From Octopus sinensis (Eukaryota), in assembly GCF_006345805.1 (NCBI RefSeq), contig NC_043014.1, forward strand, positions 26,660,001 to 26,724,000: a DNA stretch of 64,000 bases. Reading direction: 5' to 3'. This document shows, in pieces, positions 1 to 14,699 of the stretch. The notes under the pieces were generated by a model. It worked only from the letters and a program-made list of their open reading frames with translations. It was not told where the DNA came from and did no database searches. Each line of letters opens with the position of its first letter. The first letter of the stretch is position 1. Position numbers and translations under genes: made by a program.

Positions 1-242
1 TTCACATTTATTTTTCTGGCCATTCTTATCAACGGCGTTTTCAATCTTTGACTTTAGACGTGTCCACTCACGCCTTCTTTAATCTATTATATTCACATCT
101 ATGCCCCTCTCTCTCTCCCTCTCTCTCTTTCTAATATCCTTTATATACATAGAGATATGTATATACATGCACATATCTACATATATATTTCTATGAGTGT
201 GTGTCATTATCATGGCGATATCATAACAAAAACATGTGTGTA

Positions 243-312
243 TACATACATACATACATACATACATACATACATACATACATACATACATACATACATA
301 CATACATACATA
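243..312. repeat. (TACA)n microsatellite
   Basis: Perfect tetranucleotide run; it explains the MYVC/HTYI ORFs. Confidence 0.95.
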
Positions 313-559
313 CAATAAAGATAGCGCTGTCAACATCAAGCTTGCAAGCGTAGAGAACCGTCTGAAATTTCTCTTTAACGTTTTCCCCATTTATGCCGAC
401 TCCTCCTGTCTAAATTTGTAACTGGTTTATTCCTCTCATTATAAGAGAAACACTTCTTACTTATCATCGTATCATTATTCAGACCGGAGTTTGAAAATAT
501 ACCTTATATCACGTGGAATTTGGTTAATACGATAATGGCTGAAATGAACAACACCATCA

Positions 560-1870
560 CCAACGAGAGCAGCACTACTACACCAGTAAACTATTCCCTT
601 CATTTTACTTGGACTCTGCATCTAAACCAAGATCTACTCCAATACTACGAAAAAGGCCGTGAAAATTCTTCTAACGGACAGATAAAGCGGTTTAAAAAAG
701 TACAGGGATGCAGATCGTCCCCAACTTAAGCACGTTCACAGTGAATCAGCGTCGGCAATGAGCATCTTTCTTTTTAAAAACAATTGCTTGGTCTTGTGAT
801 GTAAACCGATCTCCTCAAAACACAGAACTGACCAAAACTGGCCAGAAGAGAAATCGAAAATAGTGTAAACAAACTCTTGCCGCCATCATTAAATTCTCGA
901 ATCTACCCCAATATAGCTGAGTCAACTGAGAAAACAGTGGAATGTATTCAACTTAGAAACATCCTAAAACTACAGGTGGTAGAGCACTTTTCTACCTTTT
1001 CGAAATTATCGTTAAACGACAGGCCATTCTTAACAAGATTATGAAAAAATCCAACAACAATAATATTGAAAGTTGTCGACGATGTCATTGAACAGCACAT
1101 GGAATCGAGATGTTAATTACTGGAATATTAATACTCTCATATAAACAGCTGCTATCACTCTTATTAAAGAATATCTAGTAGAAATCTACAGTATACATGG
1201 TAATCAAGGTACTGAACGGAAGCAACATGAAAACAAAACTTACAAAAATCATCAACAATCTGCGTTGCTATATTGGATGGGTAACCACGATAATAAAATG
1301 TAAGAGGAATAATGAGTTTACACTTCATCATGAGGGAAGGTTAATTACTCTAAAACACGAACTCAAGGTGCTGAGTGAAAAATCTTCGCTACCGCAGGCG
1401 AATTTTTTAACACTCCTGTATAAACCGCAAATTTACTTCGAACCCGTAGACATTATACAGAGAGATGAGGAAGGAAAATAGTACGGTTAAGAAAGCCCCC
1501 TCCCAAGAAGATCTTGAATTATTTTGGATGGAAATCTGGAATGCAAAGAGCTATTTCAACCATAAGGCATTGTGGCTAAATGTAGTGAGCGAATACTGTA
1601 CCAACATCACAGTAAAATATATGCAATAGACCCGGAATCTTTCGCCATAGCTGTAGGCAAACTACATATTGGGAATGCATCCGGAAGGGACTTAATGGTT
1701 GGATACTGATGCATGAGACCGACATTTTACAGGAGACTACTTATATGTATATTCAAAAGGACTATGGAAGGTCAGATTTACACACCAAATTGGCTTGCTA
1801 TAGCACAGACGAATCTTGTAGCCAAGTAAGTAAATGCCTAAGTGTGAATCTGGATGAGCTTAGATTTTCA
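560..1870 (+). mobile_element. Degenerate Dong/R4-type (RLE) non-LTR retrotransposon fragment, N-terminal region to start of RT
   Basis: Broken frames read WNINTLI*TAAIT, YREMRKENSTVKKAPSQEDLELFWMEIWN and AVGKLHIGNASGRDLMVGY, resembling R4/Dong pre-RT motifs; many stops. Confidence 0.65.
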
Positions 1871-2085
1871 GAAAAAGGAAATCAACCAACTAATTCGCAC
1901 ATTACAAATACAGTCTGTAAGTAGAACAGTAAAGAATATATACAAGACTTTTCTCAAGTTTAAAATGTGACTGTTTTTGTTATCTACAGTTCAATGATGA
2001 AATTTTGTATCTTTGTTAGAGACCAGCTCCTTCTTCACGCGAAGAATTTAAATTAAAAAAAAAAACAGAACATACATACACTATA

Positions 2086-2127
2086 GTGTGTGTGTTTGTG
2101 TGTGTGTGTATGTGTGTGTGTGTGTGC

Positions 2128-2182
<55 letters not shown>
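2086..2182. repeat. (GT)n microsatellite
   Basis: Direct observation. Confidence 0.95.
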
Positions 2183-2186
<4 letters not shown>

Positions 2187-4159
2187 GTACTTTAGCTCGA
2201 AGAATTATTGTGTGTCGCCGTAACAATGATCAAAATACGAGATATATTTCACTATTAAACAGAATAACTGAATGAATATGTTGTAGATGTGGTTTCAAAC
2301 GAGAATGCGCGCGCGTATGTGTGTCTGTGTGTGTGTCTGTGTCTCTGTGTGTTTGTGTGTATGTGTGTGTGTGTGGATACTCACGCCTCACAGATACAAA
2401 TATCTACTAAATTTTCTTCCCAGGATACTTGGGAAGAAAATTCTGCTAATTCTCGTGCAAAGCAGGAGAATCCGAGTAAACTAGTGACGGTCTTGTGTTG
2501 ACAAATACTAAACACAAAACGTTCACAATGTGGAGTAAATTATTTTGCCACGAAAAAGGAAGGAAGCCTAAAGTTTTGGCCAGAACCATTCGTTGGAGAG
2601 CGTGAAGGGGTTGAAGGGAAAAAAAAGAGAGATGATGAGAAATTGAGTAAAAGAGAGCGAGAAAGGAAGAGAGAAGGGTAGAAGAGATTCAGAAATAGAC
2701 AGAACAAGAGTGAGAAAGAGGGAAATGGAGAGAAATTAAGACAGAATGGAAAGTAGAGGAAAACTTGATGGAATTCGAACTCAAATACAATGAGCATTTA
2801 CTCGGTACTCTAACGAATCAGCCAGTCCACCTAGAGTGTTGCTATATTTATCGAAGTTTGAAGTTTGAAAGGAATAAATACCACAAGGTATTTCGTCTGA
2901 TACTCTAACGCGTTACTCAACTGACTGCCTTCAAACTATATCCTGTTATTTGTTCTAAAAAAGATGAATTACAAACCCCGGCAGGTTGAGTCTCAAACTA
3001 GGTACGTACACAACACATACCCAGAATTACGATCACCTTTGGACATCGGTGACCTGAAGAGCGAAAACATGTGTATATGTGCTTTGTGCTTGTCTTCTAT
3101 AAGAAACATTACCGTATCTGCACCTTGCAAAGAATTTCTAGATCACGCTGAAGTTATCTTCACCTTCCATCTTTTCGAGTTTCAATTAATAAAGTACCAC
3201 TCCAAACATAAGAATAAATGGATTGTTAAAGCTTTGGAAAGGGAATTTTTGTCGTTCCCTTTTTGACCTCTATATTTTGAGGGCGATGTCTGCGACGACA
3301 CTGACGTCAGTGTGTATTAGTCACTACTTCTCTTGAATAAAGTCGATGACGCGGTGAAAGGAGACTTACATGCACTGATGATTATTGGATTTCCATAAAA
3401 ATAACATTTTTCCTAGGTTTACTCTTTAGAGAGGAACTTGGCATAGATCCAGGCCCCGGAAGGATTACGGATGCATGGAGTACCGCTAAGAGTCCTACAT
3501 TTGTTATCAATCAAATAATTCTATTATTGATATATGAGGTCCTGATTTTCTCTGTCACTCCTATTCTGCCTTGTATATCTCCACTGACCAGTAACCATCG
3601 TAATTATCTCCTTCTTGGTCCCATCAATGAAAGCTGGATCAACAATGGTTGCTGTAATCATTGCATTGATTGTCACTTTAAGTGGTATAATCGACTACCA
3701 CACCCCACCGCACGACCAGAATATCATCGGCTTTTATTTCTTTTTTCATTTCTATGCGTCCACCTCTATTAACATCACAACACTACCAACCACCATCACT
3801 AACCTATCACTATCACCCCCACCACCACAACCACGAACGCCATACCACCTCTTCCTCTTCATCTTCATTAGTATCTGCTCACTTGCCATTAATACCAACA
3901 ACAGCAACAACATGAACGATGATACCGGTGCTAGTACCAATCATCGTTACCTAACACCAACAACAACGATACTACTACCCAACCATCGTTTCTATAACCA
4001 CCACCAACAAATACAACAAAACAATATCATTGATAATAGTAATAGTACCACCACACAACTATTATATCACAGTAATTACCCCCATCACAACAACAACTAT
4101 AACAATAATAATAGCAATACTATTTTTTTACTTGTTGAGACTTGTTGAGACTTGTTGAG

Positions 4160-5700
4160 GAAGGGGCAGTGCCCATGAACTTTGCAGCCTCTCCAAGACC
4201 AATGAACCTGATGCTATCAGTATTCCGTTAAACTGTTGACAGATCAGCGCCTGCCAGAAATACATGAACAGGGAGAATATTCCAGAGGGCTGATGTTCTG
4301 GTGAGAAAGACCTGGGAATAATGGTTAGTGCAGGACTGATGGGGTTGGACGCACCAAGGGAAACGAGTAATGGAGGAAGAAGTGGGTCAGAGGTACGAGA
4401 CTCACCAGCTTAGTGGAACATATGTTATTATAGTAGCGATAAAAAAGATAGAGAGAAAGAGGAAAAGAGAGAAAGAGACAGCATGCCTGTGAGCCTCATG
4501 TAATGGAATAGAGAAGATGAAAAGATTGGCCAAAGGTGTGGCATGGAGTTGGATGCAAAGCTAGCAATAAAGGCTGAAACTTTCTTCAAGGAGTTACTGT
4601 TTGCAGAGGAGGAAAAAAGAACTCCAGAAAGTTGATGGAGATTATTTTGTCAAGGAAGCAAAAGAGTCGGCTGGGAAAGATTCTGCAGATGTTGTAAGTC
4701 TTGTATTTTATCCGGACAGCTACATTCCAACTACATGTACACTACTTGGAAAACTTAGCACATTGAGGTTTTGATGTGTGGAATACATGAAAAAGCATGC
4801 CTAAAATAATGGTTTCACCTCTCGTTTATCTATTTCTTATGAGTCTGGAGTGAACCACGGATACTACCTGAAATAAGTAACTTAAGACTAGAGAAGCTCT
4901 GACCATCCGTCTGACTTGAAGTTCCATAGAGTCTGAAGAGAAGTTGCTGCTGTCTTGCATGTGATTGTGTATTGGACGTTTGCAACGAAGCGAGAGCCGA
5001 ATGACCCTACAGATGCAGAGATAGATACGGTTTCGTAGAGATTGGATTTTTGGTTGAAGAAGTTGAGGGTATCTGGTGTGTCTGTGCGTCGGTCTGGAAA
5101 GTGAGTAGATGAAAGATGTTGGTATAAAGAGTTTAAAAGGTCAAAGGATGGATTCAGCTTCTGCACCAGGCAGCATCGGTATGGGATGAGCGTAAGAACT
5201 ATAAGGTGTTGTAAACGTTAATTTATTGAGGATGATGTTTGTGATGTGAGATTTATGTTCTTAATGCAGGAGAAGATATGGTCAAAGTGTTGCAGGTAGT
5301 TTGAGGTGTTCGGAGAGCGACTGAGAGAGCAGTATTTGGGGGAATAAGGGAAAGAAACTGGATGACATTGTTGCTGATATCTAAGCAATGGGAGGAGCTG
5401 AGTCTTTGAATGCACAGATACCACCTTTTGAAGAGAAATGTGAACAGAGAATGCATTCTGGACAGCAGAAATGGATTGTAAAGGAGGCCTGAGAAATTTG
5501 ACATACATAGAGAACTAAAATGTATAAGATGTGGTGTGTGAAATCTAGGCTAGAGAGAAAACTTAGGATAGTTGAAAAGAGGGTGAAGGTAGAAATGTCC
5601 AAGAGACTTGGATCAATTTTTTGGCATTGAAACGTAGAGGGTGATGTGCGAAAGGTTACTGAAATCCTTGTGCCGGAGATCTGGTCCTAAATCCTAAATG
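4160..5700 (-). mobile_element. Degenerate Penelope-like element (N-terminal region and RT remnant)
   Basis: Minus-strand fragments resemble the PLE pieces at 48200-51630; remnant of the RT motif region near 4520-4640; heavily frameshifted. Confidence 0.55.
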
Positions 5701-6229
5701 TTGACATTACATAACATGTGAGGCAATGTGGGGAAAAAGTTTCATATCTTCACTATTATGTGTGTGTGTCATTTAATGAATGCTGGAGGTAAATGTGAGC
5801 CACGTCAAGCTTCATGCTTGTATAGTACAGTAATCGGACGAGGTTGTACAACTTATAGGGCACGATCTAGCAATTACTCAAGCTCAAGTAACATAAGTAT
5901 TCCGTAAAAAAATTACTAGAAAAATCATTAAGAAATGTTTTAAAGGAGACAGGGATAATTCCTCTCGTGAAATCTATGTTATGTCCCTTTAACCCGTAAA
6001 AAATAAGGATATTGTTAATGCTGAATGTTTGTATCTGAAAAAACAAATTATGCCTAGTGGGTTCAGTCGAATGGAGGAAAGGCTAAAATAAGTTACACTG
6101 TATCTAATTTGGTGGGGTGAGGAACATCTAGTTTTGATAGCAGAAGCCTGTCGATATTTATACATTTTAAAAAAATTGCTGCCCTAGAATTTACGTCAGT
6201 GCAGTACATGAGTCAAATATAGATTCTTT

Positions 6230-7265
<1,036 letters not shown>

Positions 7266-7289
7266 TAGATGTGTATTTATTATTTTCAG

Positions 7290-7760
7290 TTGTACAAATC
7301 CTGAACTTTTTGGGACCGTAAAGTTCCGGCCTAGATCTTTCACCGATACTCGAAGATGTGTGGTATACTGCTGTCCGTCAGGTTCCAGATATGGCTTGCT
7401 AGCTTTGTGCCTTTGGAATTTTTTTTTTTACATATACTTGTTTGATGGTTGGCATATCTCGTTTTGAAGACACTTTCGCACAATTCAATATATTTTTCCT
7501 TTGTTCTCATATTTGGCGGAATGGAGACGGCTTCATAGACGACTGAACTTAGCATGCATGCCTGGGCTAGTAGACAAGTATTTTGGTTTCTATAGTTACT
7601 TTCTTGAGTTGGATCTTGATTGTTTTATGTGAAATGATGTTTTTCATATTAGGGGCGCAGCTGTTGGTAGTTATTACAGAACACCTATTGAAGATTTTAT
7701 TATAACAATGGGTATCAGAGAAATTTATTCATCAGAGCTAGGAATTTTTACCTTACATCA
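7290..7760 (-). mobile_element. Penelope-like (Naiad-type) GIY-YIG endonuclease fragment
   Basis: ORF 7340-7555 reads VVYEAV..KYIELCESVFKTRYANHQTS..TKLASHIWNL, the PLE GIY-YIG pattern. Confidence 0.75.
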
Positions 7761-7974
7761 GTTCAGATATTCAAGGGGAAAGCAATAGCGGCAGTGAACC
7801 ATATGTCTTTCATAGTTCTACTCTTAGCTTTAGTCCCTCTTTCGATTGGTATGTATGATATCTCTCTGACCCTGTCAATTTATCTCTCTGATCCTGTGTA
7901 TTTATCTTCCTATCTACATATACATATGTGTGTGTATGTGTGTGTGCGTGTGTGTGTGTGCATGCGTGTGGGCA

Positions 7975-8026
<52 letters not shown>

Positions 8027-8934
8027 CGTGTGTGTGCAGAAGGATCAAAATTAGAATTAATCAAAGAGCATACTAAGTATGTCTACCTGCTGGAAATAAC
8101 AGTCAAAACTCTTATTTAAATCTACAAAATACACCGATGATAACTACAGAAATCAATCGAAAGCAGATCACGTTAATAAAATCTCCCAACGTACATTTAA
8201 GTATATGTTTTCACTGTTATTTCCAGCTGGTAGACATACTTATTATGCCCTTTGATTAATCCTTCAGCTATTTAATGCTTTTCTTGGGCCTGCAATCGCC
8301 TGTATTATTGCATTTTTTTAGAATAGTCATTCCCGATAATAACAAAATTAATATCTTAGCAAATTAATTTTTCGAGAATTATTTTTTCTCGTGAATTGTT
8401 TGCCCTTGTATCGAGAGCATATACATATGTATGTATCTCTTATTATAAAAGGCAGATTTTATCTGCCTCCCTTTGGGAGTTATACAAATCTACAATATAG
8501 GATTTCTTCAATTACAATTTACCTAGCATTTTTAAGAGTACAATGCATCGCGTCATGCCAGGTCCAGTTTTTAAAATTTAAACTCCAATTAAGCAAAATT
8601 TACAGAAAACTCACATTCTGGTGTGTGTGTCAAATGCTTTTCTTAGTCTGGTTTACACCACACGCAAACGCACACACACAGTGGGCAACGAATAAAATGA
8701 AAGTAATTTGACTTACTGTAGTGAGTGATTCTTTCACTCTGCTTCCCACTTCCTATTTCCACACATAGACACGCAAATATATTAATCTAACGTGCGTGTG
8801 TGTGAGTGTGTGTGTGTGTGTGTGTGCGCGTGTGTGTGTGTGTGAGGGTGCGTGTGTGTGTGTGCGTGTGCGTGAGTGTGTGACAGGAAAGTTTTTTTAG
8901 ACGAATATAAGACCTATATCCAAGTAGCAGAAAG

Positions 8935-9195
8935 ATAAGACAGTAAGGTGTGATTTGAGGGAGATTTGGCTGCTATTTCTACCATGTCTAGCTGCCATGT
9001 AGGGGTCTCCCTCATAGGCTCATACATACATATATACATAGATAAGACAGTAAGGTGTGATTTGGGGGAAATTTGGCTGCTATTTCTACCAGGTCTAGCT
9101 ACCATGTAGAGGTCCCCCTCATTGGCTCATATATATATACATAAGACAGTAAGGTGTGATTTGAGGGAGATTTGGCTGCTGTTTCTACCAGGTCT
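8935..9195 (+). repeat. Tandem repeat, about 100-107 bp x 2.5
   Basis: ATAAGACAGTAAGGTGTGATTTG recurs at 8935, 9042 and 9141. Confidence 0.85.
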
Positions 9196-9254
9196 GTTAG
9201 GCCTTCTCATGTAAACTCAAGATTTCTCATGCCTTGAACATAAGACCAAAGCAG

Positions 9255-9515
9255 AGAATGTATTCTTTTATTCTTCTGCTTTTTCCAGCCATTGGTCTGT
9301 GGCCATGCTGGGGCAATGCCTTGAAGAATTGTAGTTTAATGAATCAACTCCAGTTTTATTTTCGTAAGCATTGTACTTATTCTATCTGTTTCTTTTGTCA
9401 AACCACTAGGTGACAGGGATGTAAACAAACCAACATTCGTTGTCAAGCAGTGGTGGAGGACAATCACAAGCACAGACACGCACACACACACACATACATG
9501 CATACACATATACAC

Positions 9516-9546
<31 letters not shown>

Positions 9547-9560
9547 TATGTGTGTATATA
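9255..9560 (-). mobile_element. SINE family A body
   Basis: Similar to 6230-6530. Confidence 0.7.
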
Positions 9561-9564
9561 TATA

Positions 9565-9823
9565 TTGCAGCGTGGAAGGTGTTTGTAAGCCATTTAAGAA
9601 ACACACAAAAACCGTTACATTCACTTCAACATTTAAATTTAATTTGCCAAAATATTTTCGTCGCTTTGAGACCGCCACCTGTTCACTGACAAAAATATCG
9701 TGCTAACAGGTCGCGGTCTCAAAGCGACGAAAATATTTTGTCAAATTAAATTTAAATGTTGAAGTGAATCTAACGGTTTTTGTGTGTTTCTTAAATGGCT
9801 TATAAACACCTTCAACGCTGCAA
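9565..9823. repeat. Fold-back element, about 119 bp inverted arms with 21 bp spacer
   Basis: 9565-9683 is the near-perfect reverse complement of 9705-9823. Confidence 0.9.
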
Positions 9824-9985
9824 CTGTTTTCGTTCCAGCACACGATCTCAGATCAAGTCACTTGCTATGCAAGTACATCTCTGTAACTATATATATATTT
9901 ATATATATATATATATGTATATTGGTAAAAACAGTAAGATAACAAAAGAAAGAAAGAGACCTCAATATTATGTAAATAGAGGAAA

Positions 9986-10379
9986 TCTTTATATATAAAA
10001 GTGAGGTTGTGTGTCTGTCTCCTACGATTTAGATTCCTAACTACTCCCACATTTTGCGGTGCAGTTTAACCAAAACCGGGTATCTTATAGTCGTGATTCA
10101 TATCGAGACCGTCTGGGTATTAGCGCGCGTCTACGATGAGTCTACGATTTTAAAAAAATTTACCATTAATTTTTCCCATTTTTAATCCATTTTTGACATA
10201 TATAAGGGAAGTAACTCTCTAAAATTTATTATTAAATCTCAGAATGTAAAAAGCTACAGTAACACCCCTCCCCCTTTGTGGTTAGCCATATTGAGATGGC
10301 TATTATACTTTACATCTCTAAAAATGCTAATATAATTATTTCCCTTACAAAGCCGAGCAACGCCGGGCGATACTGCTAG
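9986..10379 (+). mobile_element. Non-autonomous Helitron
   Basis: 5' TC after A, imperfect GC-rich 3' hairpin CCGAGCAACGCCGGG, terminal CTAG followed by T (A|T insertion site). Confidence 0.75.
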
Positions 10380-10904
10380 TACATATATATTTGTATAATT
10401 TTACCTAAAAATGTTATTTTAACTTACCGATCTACTTGGTAAAATTATTAATTAATTGATTAATTAATTAATTAATTAATCTTATCCCTTTATTATTAAT
10501 ATTAAAATTATAATTTACTCCCTGATCGAAAACTGCAGTTTCTGCGGGATTGCTCGTAACATACACGTGGCTACAAGGGATAAATATGTATTCACATTAG
10601 GCAGTGTAAATTCTGGAAGTATTGGTTGGATATCTGTTGCGTGATGGCGTTTGATCGTGTACATATTTAACCCTAGCAATTTCAAATTTTATATTTAAAA
10701 CGCGTATGTGGCTATTCAGAGTCGTGTGGATTCATTATTTTTCTTTTTGCCTACGTAAAAAGTGTGTTACTGTCTGGGAGATTCTTACAGTAGCAGAAAA
10801 GGATTTTTTATCTCTTATTTCTAAATTCGGTATGTGGTGAAGCAATTAGCTGATCCCTAATTATAATTAAGTTTATAATTATAGAATATTTTCATTCTTA
10901 CATA

Positions 10905-11013
<109 letters not shown>

Positions 11014-11694
11014 CAGACACACACACACACACATACACACACACAGATAGAGAGAGTGAGTGAGTGAGTGAGTGAGTGAGTGAGTGAGTGGTATAAATCG
11101 TAATTAAAATGACCCTTTAGAAATTCAGTAACTATAAACGCTGATTGTCATTATTTGATATGTTGGAAGGCATCTGCTTAAACGGTTTTATGGTGGTTAA
11201 TGTATAAATTTATTAAATATGATGATGTGGTTTTATGGGGAAATAAACTTCTATATATATCTTTATTTGTATTTAGTCAAATTTATCTAGCAGAGTAATA
11301 TTTAAAGGGTAAGCCATTCTAATGCTATTATGTTATTTAAAGAATACGTCTTGTCATTTCAGGATTACGCTTGGTGAAATGCCAATATAATATTATACAA
11401 ATAAGAATGTGCGTAAGGAAACATTTTTCTTTTCAATAACAGCATAATGAGAAAAAAAAAACATTTTGTGGAAGCTAGAAATTGCACATGTAGTAGGCTT
11501 ATAAATACTAAATGTAATTCAAAATAAATCCGTCTATTAATGGCGGAATTTATAGAGATGACGGCATATAAATCTCCATACGAAACAACAAACAAAAGAA
11601 ATGTAAGCAAGCTATTCAGGAAATTGAACCCAGAAATTACAGTATGTAACGATTTTAAAATAGATCATTATTTAGAGTAACATGTAGCGTCATA

Positions 11695-12530
11695 TTATTT
11701 CATCTTCTTCGCCCACTTATTCTAGAGAAGGTCGCAGGAAAAGAGTTTTCAAGCACGTCTTCCATCGGATCCTGCCAGAAGTTACCATTTCCAATTGATT
11801 TGGCAGGATCCTGAAGGGAGACTAACCGAACTAATGGGTGTTATCCAACCGTCTTGCTCGTGCTCTATCCCTGGAACTCCCTTAAAACCTGTCCAGTAAT
11901 TAACGTTACCTAACATATAAGCTTACTAACAAATTCTGACCTATCAAGTTAATATTATGTATAAAACTCAATCGTAACAACCCATCATGCGTTCTTAGAA
12001 CTTTCACCGTCACTTTACTAAATGATAAAGCCTCATTCACAGAGTACCAAATTTATAAAATAATTCAGCCACATTTAGCAGTTTTAATGAAACCACCAAA
12101 TAACAAAGCTATACACAGTTTAATAAAAAGAAATCTTAAAATAATGGCCACGTGGGTTAATCAACCACGTTCAGTCAATGTTAGTACAATGTTAGTACAA
12201 TGTTAGTACAAAGAATCTATTACACTTTTCAATACAACTTTACTAAAAGTTGGCTGTGCTACACTGATGAACTTCGCTAATGCCCTATCATCTATTATTA
12301 ACAAAAAAATATTAATAATTTAAATTACACGAACTAAATAACAACACTACCCCCAAAATGTAATAATAATTAATACGTCTGGTCACTGGCAATAGACGCT
12401 AGGTGTTGGTATTGGTAATTTATTCAAGCACAGTCAAAGTAACGTTAATCAGGGCAACATAGAATACATTGAAGTGCAAATCAATTTTATATCACACATA
12501 CTTCGCAGACACATCCTCCATCATATTTTC
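11695..12530 (-). mobile_element. RTE-like LINE 3' fragment
   Basis: Minus strand resembles the RTE C-terminal GxRxRGRP-W-D region and ends in a GAA-type tail; very degraded. Confidence 0.45.
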
Positions 12531-13744
12531 TTTAAAGAAATACATAAAAGCAAACATTAAATGTGTGTGTGTGTGTGTGTGGAAAAATTTGCTGGACTAA
12601 AGAGTCATTTCTGGTCGCATAACACATAGACTAACTCTAACCATCTTCTAGTAATTTTGAACTGTAAATATTCGGCTCCATATTACCTACGCGTTTGTGT
12701 TGTCAGTTTTTAACTACTTTGGTGCCTATGTGTAAATACTCTCTCAGTGCTGGAGAAGAGTCTTACTGGTTGCAGCCTTAGACCAACAAGTCGAAGTCGT
12801 TATTTTCTCATACTAACTTTTATTACCCTTGGCTGTATCTGATACAGTCAGTCTTTTTGCTGACGTTCATAATTTTATCATTTCGCTGTTGTTGTCGTTC
12901 TTCAGTATCATTATATTTCGTTTTGATATTTCTGTTGCTATCACTGCTGTTGCTATTCTCTTATCACTTTCACTACAACTCTTAGTCGTTAATAAAGAAA
13001 AGAATATTGCTGTTATTACTAGGATTGCTTCTTCTGTTGCTACTGCTTCTGCTGCTACAACTACCTCTACTGTTGTTGTTGTTGTTATTCTTGTTGCTTT
13101 GCTTTATCATTGTTGTCTCCATGACACTGTTGCTCCTATTGTTGTTATGGTACTACTGCTGTTGCTGCTGCCGTTGTCCTCATCGTCTGTTGAACCGCCC
13201 GAAATCCAAAGTATAAAACATTATACAAACGACAAACAAAGTAGCAACCTCCATTACAGAAGGTTTTCTTCGTCATTAGCTTGGGTTCTTTTTTCTTTTT
13301 CACTTTCAATTGATGTAATTATTTTGTTTATCTGTATGTTGTTATTGTTGTTATTTTCTTTTGTATGCGATTTGAATTTGTTTGAAGAAAATATTTACGT
13401 CTGTATATGTTGATTTCATTTTTTTTTTTTGTTACTATTTTAACATTTATATATCACCTGGTCGATATCATTTTAGATATGCAGTATGTATTCTAGATAA
13501 AGTAAGAAATCAACTTTGGTGTCGTTCTTGTTCTTGTTTTTGTTATCTAGCAATTACTTGGCCGACCTTCATCAAATGCATTCTGAGATCATCCGGTCTT
13601 TATTTTTTTTTTTTTCAGATATAGTGTATCTAAGATTATAATACCAGTGAGTCTTTCGTATGGAAGGGAACGATTTAGTTGCTATTCCCAACATAGTAGA
13701 GTTTACAAGTAACAACGTGTATCTCTTGTTGACATGCAACTGTT

Positions 13745-14110
13745 AATGTCATTAGGCAGAATCATCAGAGCGTTGGAAAATTGATTTGTCGTATTTGTTC
13801 TGGCTTTTATGTTCTGAGTTCAAATCCCGCTAAAGTCAACTTTGCTTTTAATCCTTTCCCACTCAAAATTGCCGGCTTTGTGTATAAATTACAGACAATT
13901 GTTATTAGTTTCCCTCTAAAGGCATCAGATTGGCGTAGTTGTTTGACTGAGGAAAAATAATTCCTTGCATTATTTTCGTTCTGAGTTCTAGTCCCAAACA
14001 GGTCAACTTTACCTTTCATTCGTATGGAAGTCGATAAAGTTAGAATCAATCAAGTAACTAAGACAGATGTAATCGACTAGATTCCCTCCCTACCAAATTG
14101 CTTCCGCAAT
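13745..14110 (+). mobile_element. Degenerate SINE family B, two units
   Basis: TTCTGAGTTCAAATCCC..GTCAACTTTGC motifs similar to 14771 onward. Confidence 0.65.
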
Positions 14111-14474
14111 CGATAAAGTAAAGTACTCTCGTCGATATACAAGATTATTACTTAGCGCTTTAATGTATTAATTAGAGTTTTACTATATTACTTCGTACTT
14201 TTGAATGTTAGTACGTTACACTATGATCGGATGCTATTGCATATTATTTGATAAGTATTTTAGCAAATTACTCGGCTCTTCACTATATTATTTGGTACTT
14301 CAGTATGTGACGTAATATTTTATTATGTTATTTGACACTTAACTATATAACCTGGTATGATATTTCAATAGAGATGGCGGCATATAAATCTCCATACGAA
14401 ACAACAAACGTTACCTAACATATGGTACGTGAGTACATTACTCAGTTCTTTAATATGTTACTGGGTATCACAAT

Positions 14475-14680
14475 ATTGATTTCAAATTTCAGCACAGAGC
14501 CAGCAAGGGTAAGTCGATTACACCCACCCTAGTGTTCAACTGGTACTTACGTTATCGACTCCGAAAGGATGGAAGGCAAAGTCGACTTCGGTGGAATTTG
14601 AACTCAGAATGTAAAGATGGACGAAATGTCGCTCAACGTTTTTCCCGGTGTGCTAACGATTCTGCCAGCTTATTTGGCAT
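14475..14680 (-). mobile_element. SINE family B copy
   Basis: Reverse complement of the family B head and unit. Confidence 0.75.
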
Positions 14681-14699
14681 TACGAGATTAAAGCGTCTT

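Noticed and set aside
79-421. ORFs with MYVC/HTYI repeats, and similar ORFs throughout (CV, HT, YI, poly-I/L, RE repeats)
   Set aside because: They are translations of microsatellites.
3615-4148. 177 aa ORF with hydrophobic and Asn/Thr-rich stretches
   Set aside because: Built from degenerate CAA/CCA/CAT trinucleotide repeats; no domain pattern.
4130-4160. ACTTGTTGAG x3 at the PLE end (and an 11 bp x3 repeat at about 12177-12210)
   Set aside because: Ordinary slippage or terminal repeats; nothing further is supported.
9700-9748. HHR-like GTCGC(9)GCGAC-GAAA-ATATT
   Set aside because: The upstream core reads CTAACAG and no stem I forms; an alternative hairpin explains it.
11363-11641. Candidate non-coding exon (TTTCAG|G ... 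ACA|GTATGT), possibly the GPCR 5' UTR; another donor near 10830
   Set aside because: Only splice-site consensus supports it, 25 kb from the CDS; needs transcript data.
12264-12270. Isolated CTGATGA words (also 18797, 41313, and minus-strand hits near 7730, 43943, 46798, 49886)
   Set aside because: No correctly placed stem II plus GAAA or stem I.
12829-13413. 194 aa apparently multi-pass membrane ORF
   Set aside because: Hydrophobicity comes from GTT/GCT/ATT low-complexity DNA; starts at TTG; no family motif.
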